Of a DNA stretch of 64,000 bases, positions 36,801 to 49,013 are shown piece by piece (within the stretch, counting starts at the first letter, position 1; each line of letters begins with the position of its first letter). The notes beneath the pieces are model-generated. The model was not told where the DNA came from. It ran no database searches and saw only the letters and a program-made list of their open reading frames with translations. The translations under genes and the position numbers were made by a program. Source of the DNA: Flectonema sp. DT1601 (lineage: Eukaryota); contig OZ025795.1 of the NCBI GenBank assembly GCA_964019425.1, positions 372,001-436,000 of the forward strand, in the 5' to 3' direction.

Positions 36801-39550
36801 AGGCATGCGATGCAGATTGCCTTTTCTCCCACTCCGATCTAGCGTCCTCATTACCGGTTCTGGCAAATCCGCGACGACATACTCAGCTGGCATCTCGTGG
36901 CACGTGTGACAAGAGAAGTTTAAGCTGGTGCTTAAGGGAATAATAAGTGTAGTTACGAGAAAAAATGCCAATCTCTGATGCATTTCCCTTTTTTTTCCAG
37001 AAAAAAATTAAATGCAGCAACAGGATTAACTTTTCCGTGCCGACAGTGACATTCTCTTAGTACCCATAACGCACCTGTCGGGTTCCAACGGTCAGTAAAA
37101 AAAGTGAAAAAAAAATAATCCCATCGCGTAAAATGAGAGATTGGGGCCGAACCTTTCCACCTCGTAAAAAATCTCGAAAATGGATGCATTTTTGACCAAC
37201 GGCTGCTCGAAGCAAAACTGGTTTTCGCGGCCGGTTATTTTTGGAATGACTAATTAGTCATTCCAAAAATAACCGTCCATTTTAGGGTTCCAGTATTTCA
37301 TGGGTGAAAATAGGGAGTAAAACTTAAAACCGAATACCCATTTTAATCGCTTTTGCACCGCCGATTTCATTCCCGCTGCGATTCAAAAAAATGCAGCTGA
37401 GATTCAAAAAAATTGTGACATTTTTGTGTGGTGAAATTTTTGAATAATGGAACTGTTGATGTCTAATCGGCTGCCCCGGGTGCTAAAATGAAAGATCGGT
37501 ATATGGTTCTATATCCGGCCGTACCTGGTCGGATGTTTTACTCTGAAACAGTTACAAAGGCTGCTCGAAGCAAAACAGTACCTTGTACATCTTACACTAC
37601 ACAGCCTATTTTTATTTTTGATTAGGCTTAGCTTTTTTGGCAACTTTTACTGCTGGCCTTCTTCGTTTTCCTACCGGCAATGAACCGATAATAGAACTAG
37701 TTGAACACAGCGATCTGAAACTGGAACTAGAACTAGATTCACTAACAGAGTAAGAGCCAGTAGAAGACTCACCAGAATCTGAGGTGGGTTCAGTTGTTTC
37801 TGAAATAGACTCACTCTCAGTGTTGGTAGCAGGTGAAAGTTGGCTCGCACCAACCCACATTTAGGCCTTTTGTCACAAAACTGAGCATATGAGATAGCTG
37901 TGTGAGTTCTGCAGAAGGCACTCCAAGGCAAGGTATGGTTCTTTTACATGGAGGACTGTCTCTTTACTTGTCTCGCCGGTTATGTAGTCTTTGCTGAGGA
38001 CCACGCGGTTTGACTCAGGGCGTGCATTGGAAATCCAGAAGTTCCAGATATCTCTGTCTTGGCTGCGCTGCTTTACTGATTGGGAGGGATCGTGCTGTTC
38101 CAGCCTCTGTAGCTGCTTACGCATTGAAGAATCCCTGACATGGGCATTAATCTGGCTATCAGTGTAGCTTAGCGTGAGACAGAGTCTCAAAAACTGAGAA
38201 CGGACAGCAGGAACTGATTCTTTCACGCGTTCAAAAATATCGGAGAGCGGTTCCGGATTGATCGGCTCTGCAGGGACACTGACGGATGCGTAATGCGGAT
38301 CACTAGTCAGCCTTTTTGCTCGCTGGTAGCAAGCGTTGCAGATTGAGCGCAGAGGAGCATACGCCGGGATTTCAAGACTACCGCGAAGTGGCTCAAGAAG
38401 CTTGTTGAACTTCGGATTCCATCTTTTCGCGTTAGTGTGCGAGGTGCAGTTGTAGTTGTCTGAGGAGCACGCCTTGTCGGTTCTTGTATTCCCGAAGTGC
38501 TTGTATTTCCGGAGGCATGCGATGCAGATTGCCTTTTCTCCCACTCCGATCTAGCGTCCTCATTACCGGTTCTGGCAAATCCGCGACGACATACTCAGCT
38601 GGCATCTCGTGGCACGTGTGACAAGAGAAGTTTAAGCTGGTGCTTAAGGGAATAATAAGTGTAGTTACGAGAAAAAATGCCAATCTCTGATGCATTTCCC
38701 TTTTTTTTCCAGAAAAAAATTAAATGCAGCAACAGGATTAACTTTTCCGTGCCGACAGTGACATTCTCTTAGTACCCATAACGCACCTGTCGGGTTCCAA
38801 CGGTCAGTAAAAAAAGTGAAAAAAAAATAATCCCATCGCGTAAAATGAGAGATTGGGGCCGAACCTTTCCACCTCGTAAAAAATCTCGAAAATGGATGCA
38901 TTTTTGACCAACGGCTGCTCGAAGCAAAACTGGTTTTCGCGGCCGGTTATTTTTGGAATGACTAATTAGTCATTCCAAAAATAACCGTCCATTTTAGGGT
39001 TCCAGTATTTCATGGGTGAAAATAGGGAGTAAAACTTAAAACCGAATACCCATTTTAATCGCTTTTGCACCGCCGATTTCATTCCCGCTGCGATTCAAAA
39101 AAATGCAGCTGAGATTCAAAAAAATTGTGACATTTTTGTGTGGTGAAATTTTTGAATAATGGAACTGTTGATGTCTAATCGGCTGCCCCGGGTGCTAAAA
39201 TGAAAGATCGGTATATGGTTCTATATCCGGCCGTACCTGGTCGGATGTTTTACTCTGAAACAGTTACAAAGGCTGCTCGAAGCAAAACAGTACCTTGTAC
39301 ATCTTACACTACACAGCCTATTTTTATTTTTGATTAGGCTTAGCTTTTTTGGCAACTTTTACTGCTGGCCTTCTTCGTTTTCCTACCGGCAATGAACCGA
39401 TAATAGAACTAGTTGAACACAGCGATCTGAAACTGGAACTAGAACTAGATTCACTAACAGAGTAAGAGCCAGTAGAAGACTCACCAGAATCTGAGGTGGG
39501 TTCAGTTGTTTCTGAAATAGACTCACTCTCAGTGTTGGTAGCAGGTGAAA
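33831..39550 (-). mobile_element. Head-to-tail array of a 1712-bp TIR element (starts 33831, 35543, 37255, 38967; fourth copy truncated)
   Basis: 21-bp perfect TIR TAGTCATTCCAAAAATAACCG / CGGTTATTTTTGGAATGACTA, with copies separated by AT. Each full copy has a Cys-rich frame (CIAC..C..CTSH..CNACY) but no recognisable catalytic domain. Confidence 0.9.
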
Positions 39551-41307
39551 AAAACAATGATAACATTGTTTATTCTTTTTTTTTTTTTTTTTAATTCTTT
39601 TTATTTATTTTTAAAAAGAAAAAAAATGGAAAATAGAAATTAGTCAACAAAGTCGAACGATAAAAAAAAACAATGATAACATTGTTTATTCTTTTTTTTT
39701 TTATTTTTTTTATATTCTTTTTTATTAATTTTGAAAAAAAAAACAATCAGTTTAGCGTCTTGACCAGGACGGAAAATAGAAAGTAATCGACATAGTCGAT
39801 CGATAAAAAAACAATGATAACATTGTTTATTCTTTTTTTTTTATTTTAAATTCTTTTTATTTATTTTTTAAAGAAAAAAAAACGGAAAATAGAAATTAGT
39901 CGACATAGTCGAACGATAAAAAAAAACAATGATAACATTGTTTATTCTTTTTTTTTTATTTTTTTTTTTTAATATTTTTTTTATTTTGAAAAAAAAAAAC
40001 AATCAGTTTAGCGTCTTGACCAGGACGGAAAATAGAAAGTAATCGACATAGTCGATCGATAAAAAAACAATGATAACATTGTTTATTCTTTTTTTTTTAT
40101 TTTTTATTCTTTTTATTTATTTTTTAAAGAAAAAAAACGGAAAATAGAAATTAGTCGACAAAGTCGAACGATAAAAAAAAACAATGATAACATTGTTTAT
40201 TCTTTTTTTTGTATTTTTTTATATTCTTTTTTATTAATTTTGAAAAAAAAACAATCAGTTTAGCGTCTTGACCAGGACGGAAAATAGAAAGTGATCGACA
40301 TAGTCGATCGATAAAAAAACAATGATAACATTGTTTATTCTTTTTTTTTTTTTATTTTTTTATTTTAAATTCTTTTTATTTATTTTTTAAAGAAAAAAAA
40401 AAACGGAAAATAGAAATTAGTCGACATAGTCGAACGATAAAAAAAAACAATGATAACATTGTTTATTCTTTTTTTTTTATTTTTTTTTTTTAATATTTTT
40501 TTATTTTGAAAAAAAAAAACAATCAGTTTAGCGTCTTGGCCAGGACGGAAAATAGAAAGTAATCGACATAGTCGATCGATAAAAAAAAACAATGATAACA
40601 TTGTTTATTCTTTTTTTTTTTATTTTAAATTCTTTTTATTTATTTTTCAAAGAAAAAAAAAACGGAAAATAGAAATTAGTCGACAAAGTCGAACGATAAA
40701 AAAAACAATGATAACATTGTTTAATCTTTTTTTTTGTACTTTTTTTATATTCTTTTTTATTAATTTTGAAAAAAAAAACAATCAGTTTAGCGTCTTGACC
40801 AGGACGGAAAATAGAAAGTGATCGACATAGTCGATCGATAAAAAAACAATGATAACATTGTTTATTCTTTTTTTTATTTTAAATTCTTTTTATTTATTTT
40901 TTAAAGAAAAAAAAACGGAAAATAGAAATTAGTCGACAAAGTCGAACGATAAAAAAAAACAATGATAACATTGTTTATTCTTTTTTTGTATTTTTTTATA
41001 TTCTTTTTTATTAGTTTTGAAAAAAAAACAATCAGTTTAGCGTCTTGACCAGGACGGAAAATAGAAAGTGATCGACATAGTCGATCGATAAAAAAACAAT
41101 GATAACATTGTTTATTCTTTTTTTGTATTTTTTTATATTCTTTTTTATTAATTTTGAAAAAAAAACAATCAGTTTAGCGTCTTGACCAGGACGGAAAATA
41201 GAAAGTGATCGACATAGTCGATCGATAAAAAAACAATGATAACATTGTTTATTCTTTTTTTTTTATTTTAAATTCTTTTTATTTATTTTTTAAAGAAAAA
41301 AAACGGA
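39551..41307. repeat. Family A satellite (reverse orientation)
   Basis: Reverse complement of the alpha/beta monomers. Confidence 0.95.
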
Positions 41308-42343
41308 AGTTGAATTTACAGGTGAGATTTGGACTGTTAGCTTTTGGCTAAGGCCCTCCCTGAAGAGCAAGAACAAAAAAACTACTCACACCTGAAGAAA
41401 ACATACACAAAGAACACACTGTAAGCTGTGTGTGTATTTTGTGTTTGTCACAACAGGAGAGAAAAGAAAGAATGTCAAGGTTGGTCACCTTGCCTATCAA
41501 CGCACAACATTGGTGGTCTCTACTAGACCCTGAGTGATCCCACTGGATCTCTCATCGTTCATAGTACCTATGTGAAGTTATAAAATCAAAGGTAAACTAT
41601 GAACTACAAATGACTTAGCCTGTTATTATAATGCCACAGGCAGGCCCTGCATTCAGCAACTATCCAGCAGTGCTTGGATGTCCTGATCTTCTTCTAAAAA
41701 AAAGAAAGAAAAACAAAACTGTAGCTGGGATCACTCAGGATCAACAGACTACCAATGCTACCTGTTGTACTTGCTCACTATGGGGGGTGATGCCAAACAC
41801 CCAGAAGTACTCAACTACTTTCCTTCTTGCTGCCCAGGAGTTTCTGACCAGAACTAATAGAAAATAAAAAGTAGATGGGAAACAATAAAAAGTAAAATGG
41901 ATATAACTGAAGTTATACAAGACAAATGAAGTAACAGACCAGAACAGAAAGAGGATTGTAATAGAAGATTACAAATAAAAAAATGCAAGTATCAACACAT
42001 AATCAAGATACACCAGCAGCTAACAAACAACATAAAATTGAAGATCAGTTGCCAGAGTATTTCAACCATGGTAGAATACTCGCCCCTCTGGCAGGGATTA
42101 TCCCAGACTTGTCCTTTAATCTAGTTGGACACCATGGTTCCCACCTTATGATTTTCTTGAAGAAAAAAAATAGAAGTCATAATGGTGCTTCCCTCTGGAA
42201 GGGTTGTAAGCCATGGTGTCCAACTAGATTAAAGGACAAGTCTGGGATAATCCCTGCCAGAGGGGCGAGTATTCTACCATGGTTGAAATACTCTGGCAAC
42301 TGATCTTCAATTTTATGTTGTTTGTTAGCTGCTGGTGTATCTA
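41308..42343. mobile_element. Family B partial copy with fold-back inversion at 42137/42138
   Basis: Starts at the B terminus (AGTTGAATT..); 42138-42343 is the reverse complement of a B internal segment. Confidence 0.8.
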
Positions 42344-42521
42344 GAATTCGATAGAGTGGGAAGTAACGGACTGGGAGCTTTTGGCTCCTGCCCTATTCCC
42401 GATGTAAACTTTCTTTTTATTTTTTTTTTTTTTTTTTAACAGGCCCAGAGGGCGACAATGACTGTTGCTGACCAAGGAATAATATTCAAATGAATTTTCG
42501 TTTCAAAGAAACGAACAGAAT

Positions 42522-44425
42522 GAGTTGAATTACCAGGTGAGATTTGGACAGTTAGCTTTTGGCTAAGGCCCTCCCTGAAGAGCAAGAACAGAAAAACTAC
42601 TCACACCTGAAGAAAACATACACAAAGAACACACTGTAAGCTGTGTGTGTATTTTGTGTTTGTCACAACAGGAGAGAAAAGAAAGAATGTCAAGGTTGGT
42701 CACCTTGCCTATCAACGCACAACATTGGTGGTCTCTACTAGACCCTGAGTGATCCCACTGGATCTCTCATCGTTCATAGTACCCTGTGTGAAGTTATAAA
42801 ATCAAAGGTAAACTATGAACTACAAATGACTTAGCCTGTTATTATAATGCCACAGGCAGGCCCTGCATTCAGCAACTATCCAGCAGTGCTTGGATGTCCT
42901 GATCTTCTTCTAAAAAAAAGAAAGAAAAACAAAACTGTAGCTGGGATCACTCAGGATCAACAGACTACCAATGCTACCTGTTGTACTTGCTCACTATGGG
43001 GGGTGATGCCAAACACCCAGAAGTACTTAACTACTTTCCTTCTTGCTGCCCAGGAGTTTCTGACCAGAACTAATAGAAAATAAAAAGTAGATGGGAAACA
43101 ATAAAAAGTAAAATGGATATAACTGAAGTTAAACAAGACAAATGAGGTAACAGACCAGAACAGAAAGAGGATTGTAATAGAAGATTACAAATAAAAAAAA
43201 ATGCAAGTATCAACACATAATCAAGATACACCAGCAGCTAACAAACAACATAAAATTGAAGATCAGTTGCCAGAGTATTTCAACCATGGTAGAATACTCG
43301 CCCCTCTGGCAGGGATTATCCCAGACTTGTCCTTTAATCTAGTTGGACACCATGGCTTACAACCCTTCCAGAGGGAAGCACCATTATGACTTCTATTTTT
43401 TTTCTTCAAGAAAATCATATGGTGGGAACAAAGAAAAATGCTAAGAGGAACCCCCTATTAACCTAAGACATCTAAACTGCAGCCCAGCCTATGCCCAATG
43501 CACTAACAGGTCATTCCCTCACACTCAGATCAAAAAATCAAAGTTCAGAGTGCATCTTAGCGTGAATGAGAGAATTTCCTCCCGCTTATTTTGAACAAAA
43601 GGGATAGGAGAAGGGATAGAAAACGAACATAAAAATAAGATTCTAAGTGAGAAACACTTAGCAGAAATACTTAGCAGCTTTTAAGGAGCTGAAAAGCAAA
43701 AAAAAAATCTAAGTGAGAAACACTTAGTAGAAACAATTTGTAGCTAATTAAGCTGAAAATAAAAAAATAAAAAATTTCTAAGTGAGAAATACTTAGCAAC
43801 TTTTAGAACAAATATTTCAGTAAATAACCTGTAATGATTAAACCATTACAGGTTTGATGTCAAAACTGACAAGGACTGAGTTGAATTACCAGGTGAGATT
43901 TGGACAGTTAGCTTTTGGCTAAGGCCCTCCCTGAAGAGCAAGAACAGAAAAACTACTCACACCTGAAGAAAACATACACAAAGAACACACTGTAAGCTGT
44001 GTGTGTATTTTGTGTTTGTCACAACAGGAGAGAAAAGAAAGAATGTCAAGGTTGGTCACCTTGCCTATCAACGCACAACATTGGTGGTCTCTACTAGACC
44101 CTGAGTGATCCCACTGGATCTCTCATCGTTCATAGTACCCTGTGTGAAGTTATAAAATCAAAGGTAAACTATGAACTACAAATGACTTAGCCTGTTATTA
44201 TAATGCCACAGGCAGGCCCTGCATTCAGCAACTATCCAGCCGTGCTTGGATGTCCTGATCTTCTTCTAAAAAAAAGAAAGAAAAACAAAACTGTAGCTGG
44301 GATCACTCAGGATCAACAGACTACCAATGCTACCTGTTGTACTTGCTCACTATGGGGGGTGATGCCAAACACCCAGAAGTACTTAACTACTTTCCTTCTT
44401 GCTGCCCAGGAGTTTCTGACCAGAA
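42522..44425. mobile_element. Family B insertion, about 1.4 tandem units of 1356 bp
   Basis: GAGTTGAATT terminus at 42522 and again at 43878. Confidence 0.85.
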
Positions 44426-44648
44426 GAGAGAGGCAGAGAAAAAAAAAAAAAAAAGAAAGAAAAGAAAAAAAAAATATGAAGAGGAAATAATCAAACATGA
44501 AAAAAATAAAAAAAAAAAAATAAAATATAAATAAAAAACGTTGTATGAAAAAGGAAAAAAAAGAAAAAAAAAAAAAAAAGACAAGAAAAGGAAAGAGAAA
44601 ATGAAAAGGTATAATATTATTGTGGGGATATGAGGATAGCAGGGAGAT

Positions 44649-44683
<35 letters not shown>

Positions 44684-44754
44684 TTATTATTTAAAAAAAA
44701 GGAAACAATCAGTTTAGCGTCTCGATCGGGACGGAAAATAGAAATTAATCGACA

Positions 44755-46390
44755 GGATAAGAGATTTGGGAGAGGAATAGGGGCAGTGAACTTTTGGTTC
44801 AGGCCCTTCCCATCGAACAGGACGAAGACTTCTAAAACCTGAGATGAACCAATTGAGTTGAAACAAACAAATAACAGAGACGCAACACATACCGGAACAT
44901 CATCGCAAGCAATGCTTCGGACCTCCGTCGACCTTCGTTCTTCCGGCGGCAAAGGGAAACAAGAAAGAACGGGCAATGAGACAAACCTGTTAGTTGGTGT
45001 TGTGTTGTTGTTAAAAACAAAAACATAAACGCCAGGAAGTTCGACAACGAAGACATCGACATCGATCGCTGCTCTGCAGATGTCCGGCGGGTGTTTGTCT
45101 ACACTGTGTTTATTGTTTGTTTTTTTCCCAAGGTTCAACCTTGGGAAGAGAAGTAAAAAATTCCGTCAATGTTGGCCTTCCTGTTCGAAGGTGCGCACCA
45201 ATGACGATAAATAGAGTGGGGGGAGAAAACCTTTGATCCAACTGGATCCCTTCACGAGCTGACATTGCCATGTGAAGTTAAATATTCTGGCGATGCCAGC
45301 TCAGGCGACTTAGCCTGCTTTTTTCTTTAAATAAAAAACAACAGGTGACGCTAAACACCCAGGGGATACAAACCAAACTTTCCCCCTGTTGCCCTGTTTG
45401 AAATAAATTAAAAAAAGAACAAGAAAACAGAATACAATACTCAGCAATCAGACTCGTTCACTCGCTTCGCCAGAGCCGTTCGAGCCGATGCTCATGTAAA
45501 GTTACCTGTTTTCTTTTAACAAATTAAATAAAATAAGATAAATAAAAATAAAGTAGCGCAACGGAGAGGAATACATAACACCTCGACTCTTGCGCTAGCA
45601 TCGCAAGGGGGGTACCCGGGAGATACAAACCAAACTTTCTCTGGAATACAATACCTAACAATCAGTGCGTTCACTGGCCTTAGGGCTGTTCGGACTTATG
45701 CTTTGGACTGTTCCCTTGCAGAAAAAAAAAGTAAAATAAACCAACTTTGGGACATTAGAAAAGCATAAAATAAAAGTTGCTACAACCAAAAGACAACTGC
45801 AAAAAAAAAAGGTTTTTGTAGGGGAGCTACAATGTAGCAATAATGTCACACAGTCATGTGGCAAGCTGGATAAGAGATTTGGGAGAGGAATAGGGGCAGT
45901 GAACTTTTGGTTCAGGCCCTTCCCATCGAACAGGACGAAGACTTCTAAAACCTGAGATGAACCAATTGAGTTGAAACAAACAAATAACAGAGACGCAACA
46001 CATACCGGAACATCATCGCAAGCAATGCTTCGGACCTCCGTCGACCTTCGTTCTTCCGGCGGCAAAGGGAAACAAGAAAGAACGGGCAATGAGACAAACC
46101 TGTTAGTTGGTGTTGTGTTGTTGTTAAAAACAAAAACATAAACGCCAGGAAGTTCGACAACGAAGACATCGACATCGATCGCTGCTCTGCAGATGTCCGG
46201 CGGGTGTTTGTCTACACTGTGTTTATTGTTTGTTTTTTTCCCAAGGTTCAACCTTGGGAAGAGAAGTAAAAAATTCCGTCAATGTTGGCCTTCCTGTTCG
46301 AAGGTGCGCACCAATGACGATAAATAGAGTGGGGGGAGAAAACCTTTGATCCAACTGGATCCCTTCACGAGCTGACATTGCCATGTGAAG
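44755..46390. mobile_element. Family C insertion: one 1113-bp deletion-variant unit plus a partial unit
   Basis: GGATAAGAG terminus at 44755 and 45868. Confidence 0.85.
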
Positions 46391-46429
46391 TAGTCGATCG
46401 ATAGAAAAAAAAACAATGATAACATTGTT

Positions 46430-46466
<37 letters not shown>

Positions 46467-46826
46467 CTTTTAATTATTTTAAAGAAAAAACAATCAGTTT
46501 AGCGTCTTGACCAGTACGGAAAATAGAAAGTGATCGACATAGTCGATCGATAAAAAAACAATGATAACATTGTTTATTCTTTTTTTTTATTTTAAATTCT
46601 TTTTATTTATTCTTTAAAGAAAAGAAAACGGAAAATAAAAATTAGTCGACAAAGTCGAACGATAAAAAAAAAACAATGATAACATTGTTTATTCTTTTTT
46701 TTTTTGTTTTTTTTTTATATTCTTTTTTATTAATTTTGAAAAAAAAAACAATCAGTTTAGCGTCTTGACCAGGACGGAAAATAGAAAGTAATCGACATAG
46801 TCGATCGATAAAAAAACAATGATAAC

Positions 46827-49013
46827 CATGGTGTCCAACTAAATTAAAGGACAAGTCTGGGATAATCCCTGCCAGAGGGGCGAGTATTCTACCATGGTTG
46901 AAATACTCTGGCAACTGATCTTCAATTTTATGTTGTTTGTTAGCTGCTGGTGTATCTAGATTATGTGTTGATACTTGCATTTTTTTATTTGTAATCTTCT
47001 ATTACAATTCTCTTTCTGTTCTGGTCTGTTACTTCATTTGTCTTGTTTAACTTCAGTTATATCCATTTTACTTTTTATTGTTTCCCATCTACTTTTTATT
47101 TTCTATTAGTTCTGGTCAGAAACTCCTGGGCAGCAAGAAGGAAAGCAGTTTAGTACTTCTGGGTGTTTGGCATCACCCCCCATAGTGAGCAAGTACAACA
47201 GGTAGCATTGGTAGTCTGTTGATCCTGAGTGATCCCAGCTACAGTTTTGTTTTTCTTTCTTTTTTTTAGAAGAAGATCAGGACATCCAAGCACTGCTGGA
47301 TAGTTGCTGAATGCAGGGCCTGCCTGTGGCATTATAATAACAGGCTAAGTCATTTGTAGTTCATAGTTTACCTTTGATTTTATAACTTCACATAGGGTAC
47401 TATGAACGATGAGAGATCCAGTGGGATCACTCAGGGTCTAGTAGAGACCACCAATGTTGTGCGTTGATAGGCAAGGTGACCAACCTTGACATTCTTTCTT
47501 TTCTCTCCTGTTGTGACAAACACAAAATACACACACAGCTTACAGTGTGTTCTTTGTGTATGTTTTCTTCAGGTGTGAGTAGTTTTTTTGTTCTTGCTCT
47601 TCAGGGAGGGCCTTAGCCAAAAGCTAACAGTCCAAATCTCACCTGGAAATTCAACTCAGTCCTTGTCAGTTTTGGCATCAAACTTGTAATGGTTTAATCA
47701 TTACAGGTTATTTACTGAAATATTTGTTCTAAAAGTTGCTAAGTATTTCTCACTTAGAAATTTTTTATTTTTTTATTTTCAGCTTAATTAGCTACAAATT
47801 GTTTCTACTAAGTGTTTCTCACTTAGTTTTTTTTTTTGCTTTTCAGCTCCTTAAAAGCTGCTAAGTGTTTCTGCTAAGTGTTTCTCACTTAGAATTTTAT
47901 TTTTATGTTCGTTTTCTATCCCTTCTCCTATCCCTTTTGTTCAAAATAAGCGGGAGGAAATTCTCTCATTCACGCTAAGATGCACTCTGAACTTTGATTT
48001 TTTGATCTGAGTGTGAGGGAATGACCTATTAGTGCATTGGGCATAGGCTGGGCTGCAGTTTAGATGTCTTAGGTGTTAATAGGGGGTTCCTCTTAGCATT
48101 TTTCTTTGTTCCCACCATATGATTTTCTTGAAGAAAAAAAATAGAAGTCATAATGGTGCTTCCCTCTGGAAGGGTTGTAAGCCATGGTGTCCAACTAAAT
48201 TAAAGGACAAGTCTGGGATAATCCCTGCCAGAGGGGCGAGTATTCTACCATGGTTGAAATACTCTGGCAACTGATCTTCAATTTTATGTTGTTTGTTAGC
48301 TGCTGGTGTATCTAGATTATGTGTTGATACTTGCATTTTTTTATTTGTAATCTTCTATTACAATTCTCTTTCTGTTCTGGTCTGTTACTTCATTTGTCTT
48401 GTTTAACTTCAGTTATATCCATTTTACTTTTTATTGTTTCCCATCTACTTTTTATTTTCTATTAGTTCTGGTCAGAAACTCCTGGGCAGCAAGAAGGAAA
48501 GCAGTTTAGTACTTCTGGGTGTTTGGCATCACCCCCCATAGTGAGCAAGTACAACAGGTAGCATTGGTAGTCTGTTGATCCTGAGTGATCCCAGCTACAG
48601 TTTTGTTTTTCTTTCTTTTTTTTAGAAGAAGATCAGGACATCCAAGCACTGCTGGATAGTTGCTGAATGCAGGGCCTGCCTGTGGCATTATAATAACAGG
48701 CTAAGTCATTTGTAGTTCATAGTTTACCTTTGATTTTATAACTTCACATAGGGTACTATGAACGATGAGAGATCCAGTGGGATCACTCAGGGTCTAGTAG
48801 AGACCACCAATGTTGTGCGTTGATAGGCAAGGTGACCAACCTTGACATTCTTTCTTTTCTCTCCTGTTGTGACAAACACAAAATACACACACAGCTTACA
48901 GTGTGTTCTTTGTGTATGTTTTCTTCAGGTGTGAGTAGTTTTTTTGTTCTTGCTCTTCAGGGAGGGCCTTAGCCAAAAGCTAACAGTCCAAATCTCACCT
49001 GGAAATTCAACTC
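46827..49013. mobile_element. Family B insertion, reverse orientation, about 1.6 units
   Basis: AATTCAACTC terminus at 47657 and 49013. Confidence 0.85.

Noticed and set aside
45840..45872. Canonical Helitron 3' end (hairpin plus CTRR: CTGG in C, CTGA in B)
   Set aside because: Observed insertion boundaries fall inside the CTRR (CT|GG, CT|GA) and retain the downstream side; no 5' TC end or consistent A|T target.
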